DNA of 64,000 nt from Mobula hypostoma (Eukaryota): the NCBI RefSeq assembly GCF_963921235.1, contig NC_086108.1, positions 44,270,001 to 44,334,000 of the forward strand, written 5' to 3'. Under the pieces are notes generated by a model, which saw nothing but the letters and a program-made list of their open reading frames with translations, was not told where the DNA came from and searched no databases. The translations under genes and the position numbers were made by a program. Shown piece after piece: positions 49,930 through 62,399 of the stretch. Numbering within the stretch: the first letter of the stretch is position 1; each line of letters begins with the position of its first letter.

Positions 49930-51230
49930 TTTAAGCAGGTATCTAGTTGAGTAATGAAGAGAAATTAGTGGATGCATGGCATTTGGATTCTTGTAAGGTT
50001 TTTGTTAAAGTCACCCGAGCAGGGTTAAAACACGTAGAAATTGAATTGAAAATTACTTAACAGATTAAAAATCAAATGCAACTTTCACAAAATGCTGGTG
50101 GAACTCAGCAGGTCAGGCAGCATCTTTGGAAATGAATAATCAGTAGACATTTCAGGCCAAGGCCCTCCTGCAGGACTGGAAAGGATGTGGAAGTCGCCAG
50201 AATGAAAATCAAAGTGGATCCTTTTTGGGATGGTAGGCTTTGACTAGTGGGGTAGCATAGAGATTGGTACTTAGACCCTGACTTTTCACAGTCAGTGTTG
50301 TCTCTTTAGCTGAGGTTTCCACATGCAAATTTAGTGATGTTCCAATGTCATGTAATTAATTAGGAATGCTGAGAATGTAAAGAGCCTTTGCAGTGAGGGG
50401 CCCACATTGGGTCTATAGAGAAGTATATGAGTGGGAGTCAGAGAAGGGATGCTGCTCTGTGGGGTTAAAAGGAGAAACTTAAGCATATCTTAAATGGTGA
50501 GATACTTGCGGAAATTTGTTGACATTCAGAGATACCTGGTTGTCACTACACAAGTCAAAAGAAAATTGCATGAACACCAAATTGGCCTTTGCTTTTGTAC
50601 TCTGATCCATTTACAATAAGAATATCTCATTTCAGTGTACAGGGAGTTATTGACACTACATCTAGAATACTGTGTGCAATATTGGTCTACTTGCTGGAGG
50701 AAAATGTACTTGTTATGGAGAGAATGAAGTGAAGACTTTCTCTGCCACAGGAAACAGTTGAGGCCAGTTCATTGGCTATATTTAAGAGGGAGTTAGATAT
50801 GGCCCTTGTGGCTAAAGGGATCAGGGAGTATGGAGGGAAGGCTGGTACAGGGTTCCGAGTTGGATGATCAGGCATGATCATACTGAATGGCGGTGCAGGC
50901 TCGAAGGGCCAAATGGCCTACTCCTGCACCATTTTCTATGTTTCTATGTTTCAGACAGATCTGCGATCCATGAAAACCATCATATGAGGAGTAATTGGGA
51001 TATACAGAATACCTAGAGCATCCAACAGAGTAGGGAGGGTGGTTTTCTCCCCTTTGCTGAATCATCGAGAACTAGGAGGCACAGTCTCAAAGTAAGGCGT
51101 AGGGCACTGAGCATGAAATGAAGAGAATTTTCTTAACACATTCACCATCGAATGTTTGGATTATCTAACATAGAAGGCTCTGGAGGCTCTGTCTTTAATA
51201 CTGTTCAAAAATTAATTCAACTATTATCTG
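49930..51230 (+). mobile_element. very old CR1 remnant containing a young CR1 3' end (50737-50951)
   Basis: 50737-50951 is nearly the reverse complement of 41749-41953. Flanks show eroded CR1 motifs. Confidence 0.65.
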
Positions 51231-51799
51231 GATTTTGGGGGGAAAGAGGGATATGGCAGGAGAATTGAAATCAAAAGATTTTTTTCAGCATGAGGCATTG
51301 ATCAGATTCTACCTTAACATTCTGAAGTCTTGAAATTATTTTAAATTTTCCACTTTCCAATAATTGCATCATTGTATTTTTTTAGGAAAAGGAAGATTAC
51401 TTTTTAAAAAGCAGGTAATTATACAGCCTAAGTGAAGTTTTAAGAACAAAAGCAATTCACAAAGTTAATGCAAGCAAATTTAAATTATAATAGAGTATTT
51501 AAAGACTAAGGCCAGTATTTTTCAGGAGTTTGGGCCAGGAATTCAGGAGTTCGATGTTCCCTTGGGCCAGGTGTAAGGAGGTGTCAGATAGCTCCTTAGC
51601 ATTCAAAAATCTTAAATAATTTATTTGAGAAAATCATTTGAGTTGAAAGTACAAGTGAATTCAAAGGGTATTTATTTTTCTTCTGGAATGAGAAACAATC
51701 TGTTACCTGAACATGGATGATGCCTATTTCTGTATTAAGGATGAGGTTTATTTGACAATGACTCTTTTTTTTAAACAAAATTACTTTTCTCTTCCAAAG

Positions 51800-51929
51800 G
51801 TACCCAAGAAAATGACGTTCTCCAAGGAAGCTAATGATGGACACAACCTGAATGGATTTCAGATGTATGTCTTCTATGTTTACTGCTTTTCCTGAGAAGC
51901 AATGAACCGTACATAGTGACTTTGGAGAA
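51800..51929 (+). other. KEAP1: probable 5' UTR part of KEAP1 exon 2, rich in upstream ATGs
   Basis: Acceptor ttacttttctcttccaaag| at 51799, with eight ATGs before the main start. Confidence 0.5.
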
Positions 51930-52472
51930 ATGTCGATGACAACAGAGTGCACAGCAGAAGTGATGCCATCACAAAATGCCAGTCGCAACTTTAGCTACAC
52001 ACTGGAAAGCCACACGGTGGAAGCCTTTAAAATAATGAATGAAATACGTTTAAACAAGCAACTTTGTGACGTGACACTCAGGGTGAAGCACAATACTCTG
52101 GAAGAAGAGTTTGTTGCACATAAGATTGTTCTCGCCTCCTGTAGCCCTGTTTTCAAGGCTATGTTTACCAATGGTTTGAAAGAATGTGGAATGGAGGTTA
52201 TACCTATTGAGGGTGTTCACCCTAAAGTAATGCAGCGCTTAATTGAGTTTGCATATACAGCCAGTATTACAGTTGGAGAGAAATGTGTCCTGCACGTTAT
52301 GAATGGCGCAGTAATGTACCAGATAGACAGCGTTGTTAAAGCATGCTGCAAATTCCTGCTGGAGCAATTGGATCCAAGCAATGCCATTGGTATTGCCTCA
52401 TTTGCTGAGCAAATTGGCTGCCATGAGTTGAGTCAAAAGTCCAGAGAGTATATATACCTGCACTTTAGTGAG
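51930..52472 (+). CDS. KEAP1: Kelch-like ECH-associated protein 1, first coding exon (BTB and start of IVR/BACK)
   Basis: TECTAEVMPSQ...QLCDVTL...FKAMFTNGL...GEKCVLHVMNGAVMYQIDSVV...YIYLHFSE, then phase-0 donor |gtaggt. Collinear with human KEAP1 residues 32-213. Confidence 0.98.
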
Positions 52473-53849
52473 GTAGGTACAACTAACAAGTAATTTTAAA
52501 TTTTGAATGGGTCAGCAAAATTAATCTGTTGTGCTTTTGGAAATGAACATAAGGGAAGGCTGTTAAACCTTTGTTTGATTCATTGCTCAGATCTTGGATT
52601 ATTAATACCTCTGTTCCATTTAAACATACTTTTTAAAATCCTTTGATACCCTTGCATCCTGTTCCTGAAAGTTTCAAATTGCCCACGTCTACAATCTTAA
52701 TTCAGCTGTCAAATTTTGTGTTGATAAGGTTGCAACTGTATGTGTTTGGACTTGCTCTGGGATATTTTGTGTGTATATTTAAAACAAACAGGCAAACCTG
52801 CTGCACTCATGAATAATTGAATTAGCCGTTGGGAACTGGTAAAAAAAACAATTTTGTGACTGGGGTTGACTAGATGACACAATATACATGTGAGTATTGA
52901 AGGGAGATTTGTCAGCAAAAGTTGAGAAACTGGAATGTTTGTGTTTTGGCCTGAGAGAAGTGTAAATAATGGACATTTTTAAAAAGTCTGAGTTCTTTAG
53001 AAACCTGAATTATGATATCACATGACCATTCTGCAATATTGACACCTTATTTAGAAATTATATTAGTGTATTTAAATTATTGGGTTAGTAAAGTAGATTA
53101 TAGATTATTTATATTATAGATGATAGATTTATAGATTTTTTTTCAGATTACTGCTGGAGAATTAAAATTTTTGATAAAATAGTCTGTAATCTTCTTGAAA
53201 AATGCCTGTGTCTGTGACCGGGCTTGATCACAACTGGAAGTGGGAATGCTTGCTAATTGCACAATGCTCCATCCTGCTTGCAACTCAATAGAAAATGAAG
53301 CGTCCATACCCCAAGCAAGATCTAAACAACATTTGAATGGCAAGTAAACGTGCCATACTTGAAGCCATGACCATGACAAACCATGACAAGCTGTCTAACA
53401 ACATCTTGGATGTCACCATTAAATCAACCACATAAACACTGCAGCTCCAGAACCAGCTCAGAATAGCTGTACTTTGGTGAATGACTCACTCCCCAACAAG
53501 GCAACTATCTGCTCAGCACAAGTTCAGGAGGGTGCTGTCATACTCTCCACTTACCCGGGTGTGTGGAAGTTGAACACCATCCAGAATGTAGTGGCCTGCT
53601 TGATTGATCCATGATGTGCCAGGTGTAATGTTCAAACCTGGGCACTATTACTGCAGTGTGAATCATCTATGTATTGTGCAGTGCATCTGTGCATTGCCTG
53701 TACTCTAAAAGCACCCTCTAAACTTAGGACTTTTACCACCTAGATGGATAAATATAAGAATAGCAAGCAAGCAGGAATACCAGCAATTGTAAATAATCCT
53801 CTCAGAAACATCGTGTTGTTTCTTTATTGTTATTGGATCTAGCTTCCAA

Positions 53850-55400
53850 GGACGCTTATGTCAGAATGCTGCTTCTGGATTTCAGTTTGGCATTCAATAA
53901 CTATTGTCCCACGGACCTTTGGTGAACAAACTCCTAGTCCTCGGTCTAAATGTTCCACTGTGCAACTGGGTATTGGACTTCCTAACAAACCAACCTCAGA
54001 TAGTCGGGATGTATAACTGCTCCTTCCTCCCCATGCTCCTCAACACGAGTGCCTGCCAGGGCTGTCTGCTGAGCCCATTGCTGTTACACCGCTCACGTGT
54101 GACTGCATAGCCAATCACCAAAGTCATAAAAAAGTACAGGATAGAAAACAAGCCTCTTGGCCCATCTAGTCCATGCTGAATCATTTAACCTGCCTACTCA
54201 CGTCAACCTGCACCAGGACTATAGCCCTCCATATGCCTACCATCCATGTGCCTATCCAAACTTCTCTTAATCGTTGAAATCCAGCTCCTATACACCACTT
54301 GTGCTGACAGCTCATGACACACTCTCACGATCTTCCTGAATGAAGATGTTTCTCCACAGTTCCCCTTAAACTTTTCGCCTTTCACCCTTAACCCATGACC
54401 TCTGGTTGTAGTCTCACCCAACCTCAGTGGAAAAAGCCTGATTGCCTTTCCCCTATCTATAACCCTCATAATTTAGTATACCTCTATCAAATCTCCTCTG
54501 AATCTTCTCAAGTAATCACATTGTCAAGTTCGCCGATGACATGATGGGACCCATCACCAACAACCATGAGACGGCCTACAGAGAGGAGGTGGAAGAACTT
54601 GAAGCCCAGTGCCAGGCAAATAACCTCTTCCTTAACGTTAACAAGGCAAAGGAGGTGGTTATCAACTTAAGAAAAAACTTGCACCACTCACACTCTCTCC
54701 CCTTTAATCGGTGGGACAGCAGTGGAAATGGTGAGCAGTTTCAGACTTCTGGGAGCACATATCTCACATAACCACTCATAGTCCCAGAGCACATCCAGCA
54801 TAATCAGGAAAGCTCACCAACTCCTACTTTCTGAGGAGGCTAAAGAGAGCGGGGCTATGTGCATCTAGACTTGTATCATGCTACGCATTCACAGTAGAGA
54901 GCGTCCTAACAGTTACATCACTGCTTGGTACAGGAACTGCACTGCGGCAGATAGGAAGGTTCTACAACAGTAGTCAAAACTGGCTAATGCACCTCCAGCC
55001 TACCCATCATTAAGGACATGTAGCCGGAAAGATACCAGAAAAGGGCTGGTAACACCACGAAAGATCCCTCCCACCCTGCTTATGGACTCATTGCCGGACT
55101 CCCATCTACACCTGGACCACCAGACTCAAGACATTTACCGTCCCTAAGCAATAAGACTGATCAACACCTCCGCCCATTAACTCACCCCCCCCCCGTGCCC
55201 CCAACCACACTACTATATTATTTCTTTTCAGTCAGCTTATGTACAGTCACTCCTGTGCCTAGTGCCACTTTATGGACATACAATCAATCTATATAAGCTA
55301 TATTTATATTTATTATTTTTTTTACTGTTTTTATTGTTTGTGCTGCATTGGATCCAGAGTAACCGTTATTTTGTTCTCCTTTACATTTGACTTTGAACAA
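53850..55400 (+). mobile_element. Rex1/Babar-like LINE, degenerate, with a nested minus-strand CR1 3' end (~54125-54510)
   Basis: LCNWVLDFLTN (53904-54110) and KFADD at ~54526. CR1 ORF 54203-54469 on the minus strand. Confidence 0.8.
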
Positions 55401-56624
55401 TCTTAAAGCTTCCTACCCAACATTAAAAGTCTGTAATCATTCCAAAAAGCAACTGGCTTTAAATTTCTCTACAGTAATAAATGCTGGTTTTCTTAGCAAC
55501 AACCATCTGTAAATTACTTTTTAAGAAGTAGTGATGAGCTGGAAGCTACAGGGTTATTGTAAAGCCTAGGCTGGAGCATTTGTGTATTTTAGGAAAGGGC
55601 ATTTGAGGTCCACAATTTTATGTGGTCTATGCATGGCTCTACCTACAGTAATGTACTTCTCTGAAATGGTATGTCTTCATCTTCTCAAATTAAGTTTGTT
55701 GATGCTGTCCGAGGTGCCCATGTGCAATCAGATTTAAAGTCAGGGTGCTATTACATTTGTATTTCGATACATCATAGGCAAGACAAAAATATCTCTGTTT
55801 TAACATCTTTCAAATGTCTGGTATGGCAGATCAACTATGTTTCTGATAAGAACAATCATTTTGCTTTGTCCTGATTGGCTTGTACAACAAATAATACAGA
55901 TTTTTTTTTTCCAAAATGCGCCCAGGAAGGAATAGATATAAGTTGCAAATCAATCAAGCACCACTTACTTGAAAGTGATCTGCAAATTCCTTTGATAATG
56001 TTATTTCTTCACTAACTGACAAGAAACAATTTTGTAAAAGCCTACATAACATGAGAAATAATTGAATATTTTTTGTGTTTGGAAACAATCAAATGAGATT
56101 TGACTTGGCAACATGCCTTCAATTTTAATGATTTTTAAACTTGCCACCTCTTGGCACATCTTTGCATGTATTCTTAATGACTTCAGCGCTACCTCCCTAT
56201 GGCCTCCTTTGCATCTCTGAAGTATCAGATGCTGTCTTCCCTCTGTGCCAGCTACGACTCATTCTGTCTTGAAGCAGTGTTTTGAAAATTTCATCCATGA
56301 GCTTGGGAAGAAGAAAAGGGACATCATTGTGCTAGAGCAAGAAATATTCAGTTGTACAAAGCAATTATTTTATTTAAATTATAATCTGGAGATGTGTATG
56401 GATAGTGGGTGTTGATATGGGGAAGCGTTTAGGCACTGAACCAGGAAGGTAATTTGTTGCAGAGTGTCTCTCATGTGACAAGCAGCTGAAGTCTCTTGTA
56501 TAATAGTGCACTGAGGAAGCCTCAGCTTTTAACAACTCTGCTTCAAGCTTTGACAGCTTTGAAGGTCCTGGAGGTCAAATAATAGTTTTCATAGATTCTG
56601 TTGTTCAGGGATACTTTAAAGCTA

Positions 56625-57655
56625 CACACACAATGCTGGAGGAAGTCAGTAGGTCAGACAGCATGTATGGAAATGAAAGAACAATTAACGTTTCGGGCCA
56701 AGACCCTTCTCCAGGTTGAAGGCTACCTATATAGAATATGAGGTGTTGCTCCTCAACCCAGAGTGTGTCCTCATCATGGCAGAAGAGGAGGCCACGGACT
56801 GGCGTGTTGGAACGGGAATGGGGTGGGAATTAAAATGGTTTGGCCACTGGGAAACTCTGCTTTTGGCAGATGGAGTGGAGGTGCTCGTCAGTGCGGTCCC
56901 AAATTTACGTCAGGTCTCACCTTTGTAGAGGAGGCTACATAAGGAACACTGGACACAATAGACAACCCCAACAGATTTGCAGATGAAGTGTTGCCGCACC
57001 TGAAAGGACTGTTTGGGCCCTGATTGGAGCTAAAGGTGGATGTGAATGGGCAGGTGTAGCATTTCTGTCACCTGCAGGGATATGTGCCAGGACCAAGATT
57101 AATGTGGAGAGACAAACGGACAAGGGAGACATGGTGGGAGAGTGGACAGAGGAGTTAAGGTGTTTGGTGGTGGTGTCCTGTTGGAGATGGTGGAAGTTGC
57201 AGTGAATGATATGTTGGATGTGGAGGCTCATGAGATGGTAGGTGAGGACAAGACGAACTCTGTTCCTGTTAAGGCGGTGAGAGGATGGGGTGAGCATGGA
57301 TGTTCCGGAAATGGAGGAGATGTGGGTGAGGGCAGCATCAATGGTCTGCCCTTTGAAGAAAGAGGATATTGCTATTGTCCTGGCAAGAAAAGTCTCATGC
57401 TGGGAACAGATGCGGCAGAGGTGAAGGAACTGAGAATATGGAACAGCATTTTTACAGGCGACAGGATGGGAGGAGGTACAGTTAAGATAGCTGTGGGAAT
57501 TGTAAGTTTATAAAAGACGTTGTTGGTAGATGGTTTATATCCAGAGATGGAAACAGAGATTGAGAAAGGGGAGAGAGGTGTCAAAAATGGACAAAGTGAA
57601 TTTAACTGCAGGAATGAAGCTGCAGGCAAAGTTAAAGCTATTGAAGGTGAAGTAA
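56625..57655 (-). mobile_element. old Penelope-like element
   Basis: LVLTYH...IQHII..NFHHLQQD (56935-57297), a diverged homologue of 58778-60267. Confidence 0.8.
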
Positions 57656-58777
57656 ATTTCTAACTTTTTAAAGCAAATAGTAAAATGAAGTTGAGTTGAA
57701 ATTTGAGTTTCCCCTTTGTAGGGCATCAGGAAAAAAAGCAATCCCCAATGAAGTTGATGCAACTTTTGAGAGCTGATTTTCATTTTCCTCTGCAACGTTA
57801 ATGCGGAGGGTCGTTAGCAAGACAGAGCTCTGCCACTGATGGCTCCTGCAGAGAAGTAAACTGACAAATTTGCATTCCAGACCTATCAATGAGTTCCCGA
57901 CTTGCACAAATTCTGAACATCTGTTTTTTGACAATGTGTTTGAAAAAATCCCAGACTTCCCTTTAATTTAATGTGCCCATATGTTACTGATAAAGAAGTA
58001 AAGGGGGGGGGGGCAACAGAAAAGAAGGCACCAAAGAAAATGTTGAATTTTGCAGTCTGTTTCAATGGACAAGTCTAGACTCATTTGTTGTGAGCAATTT
58101 CATAAGTGTCTAAAAGTTGATGATAAATATCCAATGCTTTTTGTGTCGTGCATGTTGAGTTTGTCTGCTAATAGAACTTTTTTTGTCTAACGTTCTCAGG
58201 GTAATGGAAAACTTATAACAAGCTACATAAACACAGTAACAGGTATCTCAACTTCTAAATGAGCAATCCTATTCTCATTTCATTATGTACTTTTAAAAAA
58301 CGACAAACTAAACGAGAGTGGGTTGTGACCTCCATAACGCTCCTGAGTTTTGTTGGAGTAGAACACACTCCTTTCCTTTACTTCTCTAAGCCACAAGACC
58401 ATGTGAATTTTTTTAACTTGTCCATTCCCCAATTACTTCTATATTGAAGTAATTTATTGTGATGCCTCTTTGGTTTAAACAGGATTTTGAAGAATATCAC
58501 ACAAAATAATCTATAGGAGCTGAGGAATTTTCTAAAATGAGCAGTTGTACAAAGGTTCAATAGTTCTAATAGACAGGAAGATTTACAGACATGCTTTTAA
58601 TGCTTAGAACCAGTCATGGACACTGAAGTATCCAGTTTGTGTCTAGCCTTCAATTTAAAAAATAGTGAAAAGATTTTGAAAGAGTGGGGAGGAGGAACAA
58701 AATATCTCCATTGATAGCCATCTTTCATTGTGATGTGTCATCTTCCATTTTCCATTGCTGAAACTTAGCAGTTAAAG

Positions 58778-60267
58778 AGAAGCAACACACACAAAAAATG
58801 CTGGTGAATGCAGCAGGCCAGGCAGCATCTATAGGAAGAGGCACAGTCGACATTTCGGGCTGGGACCCTTCGTCAGGACTAACTGAAAGAAGAGATAGTA
58901 AGAGATTTGAAAGTGGGAGGGGGACGGGGAGTTCCAAAATGATAGGAGAAGACAGGAGGGGGAGGGATGAATCTAAGAGCTGGAGAAGGAAGAGGATCAT
59001 GGGACGGGAAGCCTGGGGAGAAAGAGAAGAAGGGAGGGGAGCCCGGAGGGTGGAGAGCAGGCAAGGGGTTATAGTGACAGGGACAGAGGGAGAAAAAAGG
59101 GAAAAAAATGTTTAAAAATATATTAAATAAATAAGGGATGGGGTGTGAAGGGGAGGAGAGGTATTAAAGGAAGTTAGAGAAGTCAATATTAATGCCATCA
59201 GGTTGGAGGCTACCCAGATGGAATATAAGGTGTTGTTCCTCCAACCTGAGTGTGACTTCATCTTGACAGTGGAGGAGGCTGTGGATAGACATATCAGAAT
59301 GGGAATGGGATGTGGAATTAAAATGTGTGGCCACTGGGAGATCCTGCTTTCTCTGGCGGACAGAGCGTAGGTGTTCAGCGAAACGGTCTCCCAGCCTGCG
59401 TCAGGTCTTGCCAATACATAGAAGGCCACATCGGGAGCACCGTACGCAGTATATCACCCCAGCCAACTCACAGGTGAGGTGTCGCCTCACCTGGAAGGAC
59501 TGTCTGGGGCCCTAATTGGTGGTGAGGGAGGAAGTGTAAGGGCATGTGTAGCACTTGTTCCGCTTACAAGGATAAGTGCTGGGAGGGAGATTGGTGGGAA
59601 GGGATGGGGGGGAACGAATGGACTAGGGAGTCATGTAGGGAGCGATCCCTGTGGAAAGCAGAAAGGCGGGGGGGGGGAGGGAAAGATGTGTTTGGTGGTG
59701 GGATCCCGTTGGAGGTGGCGGAAGTTACGGAGAATTATATGTTGGACCCGGAGGCTGGTGGGGTGGTAGGTGAGGACAAGGGGAACCCTATTCCTAGTGG
59801 GGTGGCGGGAGGATGGAGTGAGAGCAGATGTGCATGAAATGGGAGAGATGCGTTTGAGAGCAGAGTTGATGGTGGAGGAAGGGAAGCCCCTTTCTTTAAA
59901 AAAGGAAAATATCTCCCTCATCCTGGAATGAAAAGCCTCATCCTGAGAGCAGATGCAGTGGAGATGGAGGAATTGCGAGAAGGGGATGGCAGGTTGCAAG
60001 AGACAAGGTGGGAAGAGGAATAGTCCAGGTAGCTGTGAGAGTCCATAGGCTTATAGTAAACATCAGTAGATAAGCTGTCTCCAGAGATAGAGACAGAGAG
60101 ATCTAGAAAGGGGAGAGAGGTGTCGGAAATGGACCAGGTAAACTTGAGGGTAGGGTGAAAGTTGGAGGCAAAGTTAATGAAGTCAGCGAGCTCAGCATGC
60201 GTGCAGGAAGCATTTTCTGTGTGTGTTGCTTGAATTTCCAGCATCTGCGGATTTCCTCGTGCCTGCA
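58778..60267 (-). mobile_element. Penelope-like element (RT C-terminus + GIY-YIG) with hammerhead motif at 58845-58880
   Basis: FASNFHPTLKFTWS..LPFLDL..TDVYYKP.DSHSYLDY, IPFSQFL, NRVPLVLTYHP. Short inverted terminal copy at 60208-60265. TSD agttaaag at 58770-58777 and 60268-60275. Confidence 0.9.
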
Positions 60268-60547
60268 AGTTAAAGTCTACTCATCATTTAAATCTGTCTT
60301 GTTCAAGATTTCCACGTGCAAATTAAGACTGGAGTTTGAAAGTGTTTTACTGTAGGGAATAATATACATTAAAAATGAATGTAGTTTTTTTCTGTAGTTG
60401 TTAGGATTTTGTTTCTTGGTTTCATAACTTCAATTTGTCTTTATTTTTACAGATAAATATTTGATCAGTTTTTGCATGAAACACAAATTAAATCAAATAG
60501 TAATTTTTTTCTTTTGCAAGAGTAACGTTCCACTATATTATTAATAG

Positions 60548-61233
60548 GTAGCAAAACAAGAGGAGTTCTTCAACCTCACCCAGTGCCAATTGGTCAGCCT
60601 GATCAGCCGAGATGAGCTGAACGTGCGCAGTGAATCTGAAGTCTATCATGCTTGCATAGAGTGGGTGAAATATGATCCAGAGAACAGGCATCCATACGTT
60701 CATGCGCTACTGAACGCAGTGAGGTGCCATTCTTTGACCCCAAACTTCCTGAAAACACAACTGCAGAAGTGTGAAATACTCCAAATGGATTCCAAGTGTA
60801 AAGATTATCTTGTGGAAGTCTTTAAGGAGCTGACATTGCACAAACCAACCAAGGCATGTCCCTGCAGGTCTCCAAATGTTCCTCAATTAATGTACACAGC
60901 AGGAGGCTATTACCGGCAGTCATTGAATTTTCTGGAAGCGTATAATCCTCTGGAGAACTGTTGGATCCGATTGACAGACATGCCAATGCCTCGAAGTGGT
61001 TTAGCTGCTTGTACTGTGCATGGACTTCTGTATGCAGTAGGTGGAAGAAACAATTCGCCAGATGGTAACACTGATTCCGATGCGTTGGATTGCTACAATC
61101 CTATGAACAATCAGTGGTCTCCCTGCACACCAATGAATGTTCCCAGGAACAGAGTTGGAGGAGGGGTGATTGATGGAATGATCTATGCTGTTGGTGGATC
61201 TGAAGGCTGCATCCATCACAATTCTGTGGAAAG
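60548..61233 (+). CDS. KEAP1: KEAP1 coding exon (IVR and Kelch repeats 1-3)
   Basis: ttaatag|GTA GCA AAA CAA gives [10 protein letters not shown]...[31 protein letters not shown], then AG|gtttga. 686 nt, with boundaries at the same residues as human exon 3. Confidence 0.98.
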
Positions 61234-62169
61234 GTTTGATGAACTATGTTTCAATATTTATTTTAAATAGTCTTTTCAGTACCCTTTTTTCATCCTCCCC
61301 TTCTTTACTTTCTCCAAAATTTGCATATTCTGAATCTTATCGTAATGTCTCTCGTCTTTGCTCCTTATCGTGTTGTGACCTGGTGGACCACCATATCATA
61401 CATTATCTGTTCCTGCGCACTCCACTATCATGCAGACTGGAAACCTTGTATATTCAAATGTGTTCTGTTGACAAATTGTCAGTGCTAATTTAGATACCAT
61501 TCTACTGGCTCTTATATTTTCTTTGTTTAAAAATACCCGTTGCGTGTTGCAATTTCAAAGCCAGTTCTATCAAGCGATAAGAGGACCAGGATTTGTTTTT
61601 AGTTCCTCTGAATATACAAAGATCCAGTACTGCCCACTATTTTACACTGTGGATTAGAAATAATTTCTCTGCGTCATAAAATAACACGTATGAAATGTTT
61701 AATTATAGCATAGATAGCATAAAATGTTGAAATGATTCATACAAAATGCTGCAGGAACTCAGCAGTTCAGGCGGCATCTATGGAGGGAAATAAATAGTCT
61801 CTTTTGAGTTGAGACTCTTCATCAGGACCTGAGCTCCCTCAGCACTTTTTGTGTTTGTGTGTTGCTCAAGATTTACAGTCTCTCTTGTGTCTCTAATAAA
61901 ACATCGACCACCTTGAATTATTTCTGTTCTTCTAATCCTATACATTGCTTAATTTGATAATTGTAATGTATTTGACTTTAAATATAGCTAAACAACTTTT
62001 TTTAAAAAAAAACTTGCTATCTTCAACATGGTTTTTGTTTCCTAATTCACCATTCTAAATGTGAGTACTCTTCTGAATTGTGCCATTCTGCAGTGGCGCT
62101 TGTTAGGTGTTAAACTTAGTAATGATGCATTAACTCTTGTGTTTAGAACAATGGTGTATGTGCTTCCAG

Positions 62170-62375
62170 GTATGATCCAGAAAAAGACCAGTGGGAGTTT
62201 GTGGCTCCAATGTCAACCAGTAGAATTGGTGTCGGTGTTGCAATTGTAAATCGCCTTCTATACGCTGTCGGTGGCTTCGATGGAATAAATCGCCTTAGTT
62301 CGGCAGAATGCTATCATCCTGAAGATAATAGGTGGACCACCATTGCATCAATGAACTCTGTTAGGAGTGGAGCAG
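62170..62375 (+). CDS. KEAP1: KEAP1 coding exon (Kelch repeats 3-5); gene continues beyond the window
   Basis: ttccag|G TAT GAT CCA gives [38 protein letters not shown]...RSGA, then G|gtgagc. 206 nt, phase-compatible with the previous exon. Confidence 0.98.
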
Positions 62376-62399
62376 GTGAGCAAGTTGGAGGAAACTTGT

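Noticed and set aside
61234..61270. ORF-track tails of KEAP1 exons ([11 protein letters not shown]; also VGTTNK and EQVGGN...)
   Set aside because: Intron read-through past conserved splice donors.
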